In this document: one piece after another, positions 11,546-22,270 of the stretch
Position numbering within the stretch: position 1 is the stretch's first letter
Layout: every line of letters begins with the position of its first letter
Source: Cycas panzhihuaensis
Taxonomy: Eukaryota; Plantae; Cycadophyta
DNA: 64,000 nucleotides
Reading direction: 5' to 3'
Assembly: GCA_023213395.1 (NCBI GenBank)
Contig: CM041465.1
Coordinates: 138,639,741-138,703,740, forward strand
Position numbers and translations under genes: made by a program
The notes under the pieces: model-generated
What the model was told of the DNA's origin: nothing
Database searches by the model: none
The model's input: only the letters and a program-made list of their open reading frames with translations

Positions 11546-13755
11546 GAATGGACGTTTGTTCGGTATATTCTCTTACTTTTCTTGCCTTGGTTTGAAGAAG
11601 GTTATTTAGAGTAGGTTGTTTGACATACATTGCTTATGCCTTGTTCATTATGCACGCCTTTAGCCTATGACGACTCCGCAGTGGGGCATTCCTTAGCGAA
11701 TGCTACACCGTATGGCACCATGGTGTCTCCACTTCCGGGATTGTTTCTTTACTTGCTCATGCTGCGACATGTCATTTGTGTTGCCATCCTTTCTAAGCCA
11801 ACTTAATCCTTAGTTAGGACTTTTTGGGTTGTTTTGGGTACTTGCCGGCCTTCCCTCAACTGATTTGCCTCATGATTAGCTTCTGTTTTTGCCTCAAAAC
11901 CTAATTTTGCTGCTTGTTTTTATCTTTTTTAGTTCAGTCGAGACCGTTCATGCAAAACTAAGCTGGCATTTTGAGCCGCAAGCTAATTTTTGCGACCCAA
12001 TTTGTTGAAATTTTAAAAGAGAACCACGAGATATAGCAGTTTCTTGGCTTCGTTCGAGGCGCTCGACATCCCCAACGTTCGGGATAAAGGAATTTTCCTT
12101 CCCATTTCCGGGACTTTTGCCCATTTTCAAGCTTCAGATTTTCCAAAGGCAAACAACCTCATGCAGAGGGTGAAACCGCCATCGATGGATTTTGCAGGGC
12201 CATTGCTGCCCCTTACTACTCTCCACAGCCAGCTCTACTCCCCTTGCAGGTGCTGAGAGATTCAAGGGACTCGTTCAACCAAGAAGCCGCCTAAAGGTTC
12301 ACTTCAACTTTGCAAGGAGCCTCTTCCATCAAATCTCGTGAAATACTCATAACTAGCCTTTGTTTGGCCTCCATTGCTGCTGCTCCAAGTGACATAGTAC
12401 ACACTTAGTCCCCTACATAAGGTATTTCTTAGTTTTTGCTTACAAACTTCTTGTTTTACCGCATTCCTTGTTTTTGTAGTTGCAAGCTAGTACATTCCTT
12501 TTCTTTGTTTCTTTTAAGTATTTCTCTTGCTCTTAAATGAAAGTGATCACCATTAGCCATAGCTATCCCATAGTGCTACCCTAGATTAGAGCCACTCCCC
12601 CCGTACTTTTCCTTGGGGTCTCTCCATTTTCTCCAAGACCCTCCTTTACTCTTTCCTTAGTCAGGCATATACACGAGGATTCGAGGGAGATAAGCGGGAC
12701 CCCATTGCCGTCCTTCTCCCCAAGGGTTCCGTCCCTTGTTCTCTTCCCCTTGCCATACACGTTTTCTCAAGGAACGAGTTGAAGAAGTCTAGGGGACTTT
12801 GGCCAGGGCATCCCAACCGGTTTGAGGTAATCCACATCCACCTTGTTACTACCCGGTGTTTCTTTCCCGAACTCTTTGGAGACTCCCGTGGGTGAGTTAG
12901 CCATCCCGAGGCTATACTCAGTTCTATTTCGTGTGTTTGTGGCATTTGGTAGCATGAAAGTATTTCGTGTGCTTTTATTGCATTTTTGCTACATTCTAAT
13001 GTATAGCTTAGTTTATTTAGCTTAGTTGATTTTTACATCCATCTACATATCTCTTGGTGTATTTTGTAGCCTCTCCCAGAGGAAGGTGCTCATTATACTG
13101 CTTTGGATCGCGTTCTTTGGAAGTGGTGCGTGAAAGTTCTGGGTTAGCTCCCATACGGTATTTTCTCTCCATTAGTTTTGAGTTTCCTTTAGTCCTTTCT
13201 TTATTTAGCCATTGCTCAAGGGGAGGTAAGTGAACCCCCTTACTACCGTCAACCGACGTTGCATGCGTGGAGAAAGGAGGAAGAGGGAACTTCTACTCAA
13301 TTCTTCTCGTTTCTTTCGCGTTTTCTTTTATATTATTCTTGTCTTTTTGCATTTGCCTGAATAGATAAGAAAGGACAAAAGAACATAAAGAAAAAGGGAA
13401 AAATAATCGTTTCTTTGCACTTGCTTTCTTGCACTGTTTTCTTGCTTTACATAGCATAGGTGTAGAAGGCCCATTTATATTATACCCTTCAGCCACACTT
13501 TTCCTCATACCTGTTCATACACCAAGTTGATTGCCCCTACCTTTGTTGCCTTCTCATCACCTTGAGAAGCCAAGGCTTCCTTTCCTTCCGGCCATCAGGT
13601 AGGAAGGCCTTATTTTAACGAGGCACCTTGTCCGAACCCACGCTCCAAAAAGACGGGACGTCCTGCGGTGGAGGTGGTTCGTCTGCAGCCTAGTTAGCGT
13701 AGTGTATTCTTGTATTTGTTTGCTGGGCGTAGGATCACGCGTTTCACGACCATCA
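11546..13755 (+). repeat. Left long direct repeat (probable 5' LTR, ~2.2 kb)
   Basis: Collinear with 18536-20948 but with many small deletions; left edge fuzzy (weak similarity extends to ~11496). Confidence 0.85.
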
Positions 13756-14269
13756 AGCTAAATTAACTTCTCTCTTGGTTGGTGTTCTTGCTTCTAGGTC
13801 GTCTCTCATCCCGTTTTTTCGCTCCAAACCTCCCCCGCATCTCTCTCCTTCTTTGCTCTTTTGTCTCTTCTAACAACGCCAGCAAGCGTTGCATGCGCGA
13901 CGCTTCGCGGCTGCCGCGAGGTTGCCCGTTCTTAGACCAAGACCAGCGCCTGCTTCTTTGATTCGACCGAACCTCGAACCTCGATTGGGAAATTACCCGT
14001 CCGATTGGGCTTACCACCACATGCCATGACTCTTTCCGGTTCCGCATCAGATCAGTTCCCATCCCGCTGAATGAGGCGATGATTCCATCTACTATCGATG
14101 ACCAATTTCATCCCGATGACTTTCGGCCCATGCAATGAAGATTGACTCCTCACGACTCCACTCTGTGAGGAGATCCCGTCTAGATGGTTTGAAGAAATGT
14201 TGCATGTAGCATCTTCCCATCCATCCATGTGGTCCATGACGGTTAGCATACCTTCAAACGTGGCACCAC

Positions 14270-15300
14270 GTGCCCCGGAAACTATCTTCCTGTTTATGGG
14301 TGGACCGGTGGCCCCATGGCAAACCTCAACTCCCATTATACCTCCTACGAGGATGGGTTTACCACCCCATCCCCATCGATCCATTAGCCCAAGTGAGGAC
14401 ACGTCCTTTCATGGACTATAGGTCGGCGCCATTGTCTGGGACCAACTTCGCCTCACCCTCACAAGTTCCCAAGTTCGGCGGACTTCATCGCAAAACCCAA
14501 CCGAGCATGTACGCAGCCTTCTATGGCGTGCATCGATTATTGGGCTTACGACCATATCCTTATGAAGCTATTTCCGCGTCCTTGGCGGCGCCCTCAAGTG
14601 GTTTTACCGCCTTCGCTCATTCGATTTCTTCATTCCAGCAATTGGTGGATGAGTTCTTGCACTCTTTTCACGTAGCCCGTCCATTCAAAAGTGGAATGAA
14701 AGCGCTCACGCTCGAACAAGGACACGACGAGATGAACCGTGACTTTGTGCGACGCTTTCATGATCGTCTTCACGCTACCAAGGCCACGTTGCACGAGGAG
14801 TTGAGCGAGATCTCTTTGTCAACACACTCTCCACAGTGCATGTAGAAGTCCTCAAGATGGGGCAACCACATGTGACTCGCGATCACGAGGTGTTTGGCGT
14901 TGGAGGCCATTGAGATCCGGTGGACTCAAGAAACCTCCTAAGTCCTCGCGCCTCCCCTAAACCAAACCTTCGCACCGCTAGGTCCACCTCTCATCCAACC
15001 GAGAGGACCCTAGATCCCCTCACCTCGCTATTCGCTCATTTGAGCGAGCGATGAAGAGCTTAAGCTCCGGCCTCCTTCGTCGCCAACCTCCCATAAACTT
15101 AGCAAGCTTCGTGCGATGTCCCCAAAGGGGTAACACCCGACCTTCTCAAGCAAGGAGGACCAATCCTCCCTTGAGAAGAGGTGGTGTTCCATCCACGGGA
15201 GTGTTTCCATGACGATACACCCAGCGAGCATCGAGGCCTAACCTCGATCACTGCATTTTAGAGACCCCGCCCCCAAACATGGGGAATGCGGTCAAATTGT
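14270..15300 (+). pseudogene. Tat/Retand-type gag (frameshifted as assembled)
   Basis: VPKFGG, SISSFQQLVDEFLHSF, LEQGHDEMNRDFVRRFHDRL; WCSIHG..HD knuckle-like remnant near 15180. Confidence 0.75.
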
Positions 15301-15779
15301 AGGAACAATCGGATAGATCCCGATTCTCGCCCTTTGCATGGTAGAGGGAAGGTGTGTGAAGACCATCTTCCCCTTCCTCCCCCCCCGGCCATGCTCCATC
15401 ACCTTCGGTCCCGCACAAGGAAAAGAAGGTTGTCCAATTGCTTGAGACCACTCCGTTATATGCCTTCACCTGGTCCCAAGTCATAAAGAAAAAAATTGTG
15501 CCTCTTCATCCACATCTCACCTTGATTCTCTTCTTCCTGCATTTCCCAAGACTATTCCGATTTTGAAGGCGCTTACCCAACCCACAGGGAAGGGTAAGCC
15601 CTTTTCTATCGTTGACGAGCTCCACACCGAATGTCCTTGATGGATGTCTTGAGAAGGCAACGTGCTCTCCTTCTTGAAGCTCTTGGCCAACAAGATGCTT
15701 CCATCCATGCAATAGGTGCTACCTCTCATGGGCCACTGTCATCTCATTTGATCCCGTAGATCTCCCATCTCCCAACAAG

Positions 15780-16119
15780 CGAGAGAAGCTTTTGCATTAC
15801 GGATATCATTACCATTGACACTCCTGATTGTATCACAAAGAGGACCATTGTAGACAATGGCTCCTCGGTTAATACTATGCCTGCGTGTATGCTCAAGGAG
15901 CTAGGCATAGTAGCTCTTGAGTCCCTTGGAAATGCCAAGGGTATGATGGGGCCGAAGTCCCCTTTAGGGATCTTCCTTTCCCTCACCTTAGGGGGGAAAA
16001 TTGTTTCTGTCGAAGTTGTTGTACTCGATGTCGATGTAGAGTACAACCTCTTGTTCATGGCTCGACAATGGGGGCAACTTAAATTTGTCCATGAAGGACA
16101 AGTTAAAGTTGTCGCCTGA
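15780..16119 (+). pseudogene. Retroviral-type aspartic protease
   Basis: ITKRTIVDNGSSVNTMPACMLKELG...VEVVVLDVDVEYNLL, typical of Tat/Athila proteases. Confidence 0.8.
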
Positions 16120-16696
16120 GCCTATGCCGTCTCACACCTCTCATCCGATGATGAAGATAGTGATCCCGAGGAGGTTACCCCTTAGTGGGACCTTTGTTTT
16201 GAGAGGCCTTCATCATGCCATGTCATGAGCCAAACCTAGTCGGGTTTGCCTCTATTAGCATAGGTGGTTCTGGCGTGCGCATGGGTGATTCTGATTTGGA
16301 TAGTGAGGGTTATGCGCCCTCTCTTCGACGTGTCACCTTGGTTTCATGAGCACTTAGGGGAATATCTCGGTCAGATATTCCCACTCTTCCTCATTCGGCT
16401 CCATTTATTTTACCTTCTCGGCCTCTCGAGCGTTTCACGAGTAGCGCCACGACGAGCCACTCGTAGAGGCACTTCTTCTTCACGCCCTAGATCCTTACCT
16501 CAGACTAGAGCCACTCTTACTCGGATGCAACCTTGCCACGCGATCCGTCGTGTGCCAAGTCCGTTGCACTCATCCGGTTCTGACCATGGTGAGTTTACTA
16601 GTAGGCACATTAGGCCTACTCTTCGTCACCTATCTCCTACCCTGCGTGTGACTACCCCTACCTCTACGGGGTCTATGCACACCTCTTCCTCTCTTT

Positions 16697-16948
16697 ATGC
16701 TCCGAAACGAGCCTAAACTACCATTTTAAATTGTTCCCATTCCTCCCAACCACGGGTTGAATGACAATTTAAGATTGAGCCATGCTCCGAAACGAGCCTA
16801 AACTACCATTTTAAATTGTTCTCATTCCTCCCAACCATGGGTTGAATGGCAATTTAAGATGGGTCCATGCTCCGAAACGAGCCTAAACTACCATTTTAAA
16901 TTGTTCCCATTCCTCCCAACCACGGGTTGAATGGCAATTTAAGGTGGA
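16697..16948 (+). repeat. 3 x 85-bp tandem repeat; each unit has stem-loop potential
   Basis: Units start at 16697, 16782 and 16867 (ATGCTCCGAAACGAGCC...); internal inverted arms CCATTTTAAATTG / CAATTTAAGRTGG. Confidence 0.95.
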
Positions 16949-17308
16949 TTCTCGTTTCTTCTTAGGTTCCTCCATGAACCAGCGTTCTGCTCTTGGGAAC
17001 CTGTGTCCTCCTATTTGGGCATCCCCCAACTAGGGCGACGCTATGGAGTGTCGTCACTCCTCTCTCGTGCCTGTCGTTTGCTTCGCATATTTCGCTATGC
17101 TCCCGTGGGCGTGCATGTCGCTATATTCCTAACCTCACACCTCTCGATCGCCTCATTTACGGTGGGCGTGTGTGCTCTGTATAGCCATACAGGAGGAAAC
17201 ATGCATATTTACAACCAAAATATATTTACAAAACATATTTACATATCTACATGTTTACATATTTACATTTACAAAATAAAATGCATAAAAAAATTAATTA
17301 AAAAGCAA

Positions 17309-17458
17309 TTAACTTTCAAGCTTTGAGATGACGAGGGTTTCGTGAGATCCACTCCGGCCGTCACCATCTCGTCTCTCGGGTCGTGGCTTGTCTCCTCTGC
17401 CTCGAGTCCGCGGCCAGTGAATCGCGTGCCTCTGAAGTTGGGTAGCACTCTGCGTCAT
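17309..17458 (-). CDS. Putative antisense small ORF (49 aa, Arg/Gly/Asp-rich) inside the Tat-like element
   Basis: ATG at 17458 to TAA at 17309 (MTQSATQLQRHAIHWPRTRGRGDKPRPERRDGDGRSGSHETLVISKLES); TATATAAA at 17529-17522 upstream; TGTAAA-rich AT tail downstream. Confidence 0.35.
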   Translation of the reverse strand: MTQSATQLQRHAIHWPRTRGRGDKPRPERRDGDGRSGSHETLVISKLES

Positions 17459-17956
17459 AAGGAAGAGGCTCTGGTTTCGTACGAGAGCCGGTGAAAATGA
17501 ATCCAGTTTTCATTAGTTTTCTTTATATAACCCCAGGCGCTTCTTAGTTTTGGCTCGTGCGGTCGTTGGGACCGCCTCATACGATAGCCTTTGCCTTCTG
17601 CCCATTGTGCTCTATTGATGCCCTTTTTGCCTTCCTTTGCAAGGGCATTTATGGCTGCACTTTGCGGGGCCCTTACTCCGTGCGTGCAGGTTTATACTCG
17701 TTTGGCTCGTTCGCGCCCTAGACTCGTTTTTTTTCGTCCCTGGGGTCCCCAAAGGAAATGCTCCCCCGTCTGGGGGCATGTTTTGCTTTCCAAAGCAACC
17801 TTTGGCACTCCAGGGTGTCTTTTCTCCGCCCACTCTCGATTGCTTGCTTTCATTCTTGGGTAACCTCATTCGTCCTCCACCCTTCTCGGCCCTTTTGCGC
17901 TTAGTCTTTGTTTTACTTTCATTGCTATTTGCGTGATCACGAGCTTAGTATCCATC

Positions 17957-18290
17957 ATGTCTCTTCGTTTTCTTGATGGTGGAAGTCACGGCAACCCCGA
18001 TTCTTCGACCCCTATTCCTTGCGTTCAGGGTCTTTCTTCCGAGGCTACCAATATATTGAGGCCCTTACTGATGCTCTCCGTTTTCATCGCGGGTCCATTA
18101 TGTTGTTTTGCGATTCTCAGGTCGTGGTGTCCCATCTCACCCAAGTTTACCAGGTGCGATGCCCTCACCTGAAAACCCTCGCGTCCGCCAGACTCTTCCG
18201 CTCGTTTCGTCGGTGGATATTGACATATCCCTAGGCACCTCAATGCCTCGTCGCCTCATCCTTGGCGTCGTCCCTCTTCTTCCCAAGTCT
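17957..18290 (+). pseudogene. Archaeal-type (Tat aRH) ribonuclease HI, frameshifted as assembled
   Basis: Motifs in order across frames: FLDGGSHGNP, EATN, EAL..AL, LFCDSQVVVSHLTQVYQVRCPHLK, HIPRHLNA. These match the aRH pattern FDGxSxGNP..TNNxAEYxAL..GDSxLVxxQVxGxYxV..HIPRxxN. Confidence 0.8.
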
Positions 18291-18535
18291 CGAGATGTGC
18301 TTGCTGTTTGGATGCCCTCCTACTTCATGTTGCACCTCGGCAACGGGGGCATTCCCTTTTACCTTGCTTGTTCCAGTCGATGTTTAGGTAGCCCCACGTT
18401 GTCCTCGTCTCCGTCTTCCGCCACGACACTTGCCTATGCCCTTGGTCCACATGCTGCTCTTTATTGCTTTCATATATATATGCATGTGCTACTCATATTT
18501 CTTGATTGTCAGCATTCGCCATCACATTGAGGCTC

Positions 18536-20948
18536 GAATGGACCCGTTTGTTCAGGTATATTCTCTTACTTTTCTTGCCTTGATTTGATGAAGGTTATTT
18601 AGAGTAGGTTGTTTGACATATGCCTGCCTGCACGCATTGCTTGTCTGCTTGTTCATTATGCATGTGCCTAACGCCTTGACCCTATGACGACTCACGGGCA
18701 TTCCTTAGCGAATGCTACACCCCATGTAGCATGACCACCCATGGTGTCTCCACAGCTCGATTGTTTTTACTTGCTCATGCTGCGACATGTCATTTGTGTT
18801 GCCATCCTTTCTAAGTCCACTTAATCCTTAGTTAGGACTTTTTGGGTTGTTTTGGGTACTTGCCCAGGCCTTCCTCAACCGATTTGCCTCATGATTAGCT
18901 TGGTTTTGCCTCAAAACCGATTTTTGCTTATTTTTCTCTTTTTAGTTTAAACTAAGCGTGTGAGTTCTGTCGCTTGAAATTTTAAAGAGAACCACGATTC
19001 GCTTTTTCGCGTGGCTTCGTTCGATTGGAGGCGCCCTGACATCCCTAACGTTCACCTCCTGTGAACAGGGAGATAAAGGGAATTTTTCTTCCCATTTCCA
19101 GGACTTTTTGCCCATTTTTCAAACTTCCAAGAGATTTTCCAAAGGACTGCACACAGGAAAACAGACAGAAAACAAACAACGTCATGTACAGCAACTGAAG
19201 AGGGTGAAACCAGCTGCCATCAGTGGATTTTGCAGGGCCATTGCTGCCCCTTACTACTCTCCACAGCTAGCTCTACTCCCCTTGCAGGTGCTCAGAGATT
19301 CAAGGGACTCCTTCAACTAAGAAGCTGCCCCAAAGGTTCACTTCACAGCTCCAACTTTGCAAGGAGCCTCTTCCATCCAAATCTCAGCAGGAAATACTCA
19401 TAACTAGCCTTTGTTTGGCCTCCATTGCTGCTGCTCCAAGTGACATAGTACACGCTTAGTCCCCTACATAAGGTATTTCTTAGTTTTTTTGCTTGCAACT
19501 TCTCAGTTCTTACTTGCTATTTCTTGTTTTTACCTGCAATTCCTTGTTTTTTGTAGTTGCAAGCTAGTACATTCATTTTTCTTTGTTTCTTTTCTGAGTA
19601 TTTCTCTTGCTCTTAAATGAAAGTGATCACCATTAGCCATAGCTATCCCATAGTGCTACCCTAGATTAGAGCCACTCCCCCGGTACTTTTCCTTGGGGTC
19701 TCTCCATTTTCTCCAAGACCCTTCTTTACTCTTGCCTTAGTCAGCCAGTGCAAGGGCATATATACGAGGATTCGAGGGAGATAGGCGGGGTTTCGTCCCC
19801 CATTGCCGTCCTTCTCCCCAAGGGTTCCGTCCCTTGTTCTCTTCCCCTTGCCATACACGCTTTCTCAAGGAACGAGTTGAAGAAGTCTAGGGGACTTTGG
19901 CCAGGGCATCCCGACCGGTTTGAGGTAATCCACATCCACCTTGTTACTACCCGGTGTTTCTTTCCCGAACTCTTTGGAGACCTCCCGTGGGTGAGTTAGC
20001 TATCCCGAGGCTATACTCAGTTCTATTTCGTGTGTTTGTGGCGTTTGGTAGCGTGAGAGTATTTCGTGTGCTTTTATTGCATTTTTGCTACATTCTAATG
20101 TATAGCTTAGTTTATTTAGCTTAGTTGATTTCAGTTTATATCCATCTACGCATATCTCTTGGTGTATTTTGTAGCCTCTCCCCGAGAGGAAGGTGCTTGT
20201 CATACTTGCTTGCAGGATCGCGTTGCTGGAAGTGGTGCGTGAGGCGAACCCGTTGCTGGTTAGCTCCCATATGGTATTTTCTCTCCATTAGTTTCGAGTT
20301 TCCTTTCCGTCCTTTCTTTTATTTAGCTTCGTATGCTCAAGGGGAGGTAAGTGAACCCCCTTACTACCGTCAACCGATGTCGCATGCGTGGATAAAGGAG
20401 GAAGAGGGAGCAGGACCTAGTGAGATTTGCCGTACTTCTACTCAAACGCCGGATCCAGGTATTCTTCTCGTTTCTTTCGCATTTTCTTTTATATTATTCT
20501 TGTCTTTTTGCATTTGCCTGAATAGATAAGAAAGGACAAAAGAACATAAAGAAAAAGAGAAAAATAATCGTTTCTTTACACTTGCTTTCTTGCACTGTTT
20601 TCTTGCTTTACATAGCATAGGTGTAGAAGGCCCATTTATATTGTACCCTTCAGCCACACCTTTCCTCATACCTGTTCATACACCAAGTTGATTGCCCCTA
20701 CCTTTGTTGCATTCTCATCACCTTGAGAAGCCGCAACGCGCAAGGCTTCCCTTTCCTTCCCGGCCATCCGAAGGGTAGGAAGGCCTTGTTTCGAAGCAAC
20801 CAGCACCTTCCAGCCCAACCCAACCGGGCAGACTAACGGCCCGTCTGCATCTGGTAAGGTCCTCAGCCTAGTTAGCGTAGTGTATTCTTGTATCTGTTTG
20901 CTAGACGTAGGATCATCGCCCCGTAGAGAGCGTTTCATCGTCCATCCA
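18536..20948 (+). repeat. Right long direct repeat (probable 3' LTR, ~2.4 kb)
   Basis: Collinear with 11546-13755; ends GTCCATCCA. Confidence 0.85.
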
Positions 20949-21236
20949 CTTTCATCAAATAGATCCCTATTTTTTTTTTCTCTGGGCAGTGTATCCCTCT
21001 TGTGCACTTACTATAGGTTTCTCTCTTTTGTCCAAAGTGTTGCCCTCTAACGACTAGATTTTGGTATATTATTCCCTAAAGGCTTCCCAAGTGATATTAG
21101 GTCACCTAAACATCAAGGTTTAGTTAGAAATTTCCATCATGACAGTCAAGGTCTGTTGGTCTTTAGACATATATTCTCACTCGCCACAAGGCCTCAAGTT
21201 TTCTTCTACTTAAAAAGGATTTAGTAATGAAACCAA

Positions 21237-21825
21237 TGTTGATAGATACTCAACCCACTAGCATCTTGAAACCGCCTGATAACTCTCTATCTTGTGTCCT
21301 CTTCACTTTCTTAACAATAGTGCACTTAGATCACTTTCACATGTATGCCAACTTACAATATTCTCATATAAATAATATGCTAAACATCATACTAAAAGTA
21401 ACCGATATCAATCAGATAAATACATACTTAATTTCTCATAACTCATATATTTTATTATTGTTGCTATATCATTTGCTTTGTCTAGCTCTAACTCTTGAGA
21501 ACATATCACAAGACTTAATTATTCAACTCTTATTATTGAACCAATGGAGGAAATGACCCTTTTATACACTTCTACATGGTAAAACTTGAAAGGTTACAAC
21601 TTTTACAATATGATTATTAACCATTCATAACATGAAACCCTACTTAACAATAATCAATCCTTGTTAGGTACATTTGCATATTTGTACAACCTGGTGGTTG
21701 GTTTATGCGTAGAATAGTTCCAAGAACCATCCATTGTTTTGTAACCATTATATTATTATTCCAATGTAATTTAAACTACCCTTGAGATGCTTTGAAATTG
21801 TTTCCCAAAAGTTGGTATTGTGACA
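21237..21825 (-). repeat. Probable 5' LTR of the old minus-strand Gypsy
   Basis: Minus strand TGTCACA...TCAACA, internal TATAAAAGGG near 21560, followed by a decayed PBS (possibly tRNA-Glu); no partner LTR in the window. Confidence 0.5.
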
Positions 21826-22244
21826 TATGAGTATCCCCTACTTACTCGAACCATTCCTTCAGTAGATTTTACTGTAATACTTTATTTCTTTTGGGATTTC
21901 AACCATCCACCATTCCTGCAATCATCCCTCAACCATTCCCAAGTGTCTATGATTGGAAAGTATTGCATATAGCGACACTTTATTATTATAAAGTGAAATT
22001 CACATTCAAAAAACAAAACCATACTGGTGTTTTCTAAAGAAAAATTATACCCAAAAAATCAAAACTCTATAATTATCTTGATAGCTAATATGTAAGTTTT
22101 GTTACAAAAAGTAAGGCTAATATGGCAAAAGATATTAACAAGTTTATTTATTAGCTAATGACTACTAATTTAATCATATACAAAAATGAAAGAGGTTTTA
22201 ATTTAGATACAATGCAAATTTATTTAGAAAAATAATTTGGTTAG

Positions 22245-22270
22245 ACTCTCTCCCTCTCTCTCTCTCTCTC
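22245..22270. repeat. (CT)n microsatellite
   Basis: Read directly. Confidence 0.85.

Larger units (their letters stand above)
11496..20949 (+). mobile_element. Tat-like Gypsy-derived element with long direct repeats; gag, protease and archaeal-type RNase H, but no RT or integrase
   Basis: Direct repeats at ~11546-13755 and ~18536-20948; flanking TTTCATC at 11489-11495 and 20950-20956; gag, protease and aRH motifs in the interior; no RT or integrase motifs seen. Confidence 0.75.
6765..21825 (-). mobile_element. Old non-chromovirus Ty3/Gypsy (Athila/Tat superclade-like), 3'-truncated in RNase H, interrupted by the 11496-20949 insertion
   Basis: Minus-strand putative 5' LTR 21825-21237, PBS-like TGGTTTCATT immediately inside it, gag ~11400-10000, protease ~9480-9200, RT ~7900-7190, RT thumb/RNase H start ~7130-6765. 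Confidence 0.75.

Noticed and set aside
11400-11630. 76-aa minus-strand ORF as a real gene
   Set aside because: Chimeric: it spans the junction between the inserted element and the host Gypsy.
11948-13508. Short ORFs inside the long direct repeats (and their twins at 19108-20669)
   Set aside because: No recognisable domains, overlapping on both strands, and frames differ between the two copies.
16697-16948. CRISPR-like array
   Set aside because: Units are near-identical head-to-tail with no unique spacers; eukaryotic context and no cas genes.
16697-16960. Hammerhead ribozyme / retrozyme (CGAAACGAG, with complementary CTCGTTTC at 16951)
   Set aside because: The essential CUGANGA box is absent on both strands; only GAAAC and stems are present.
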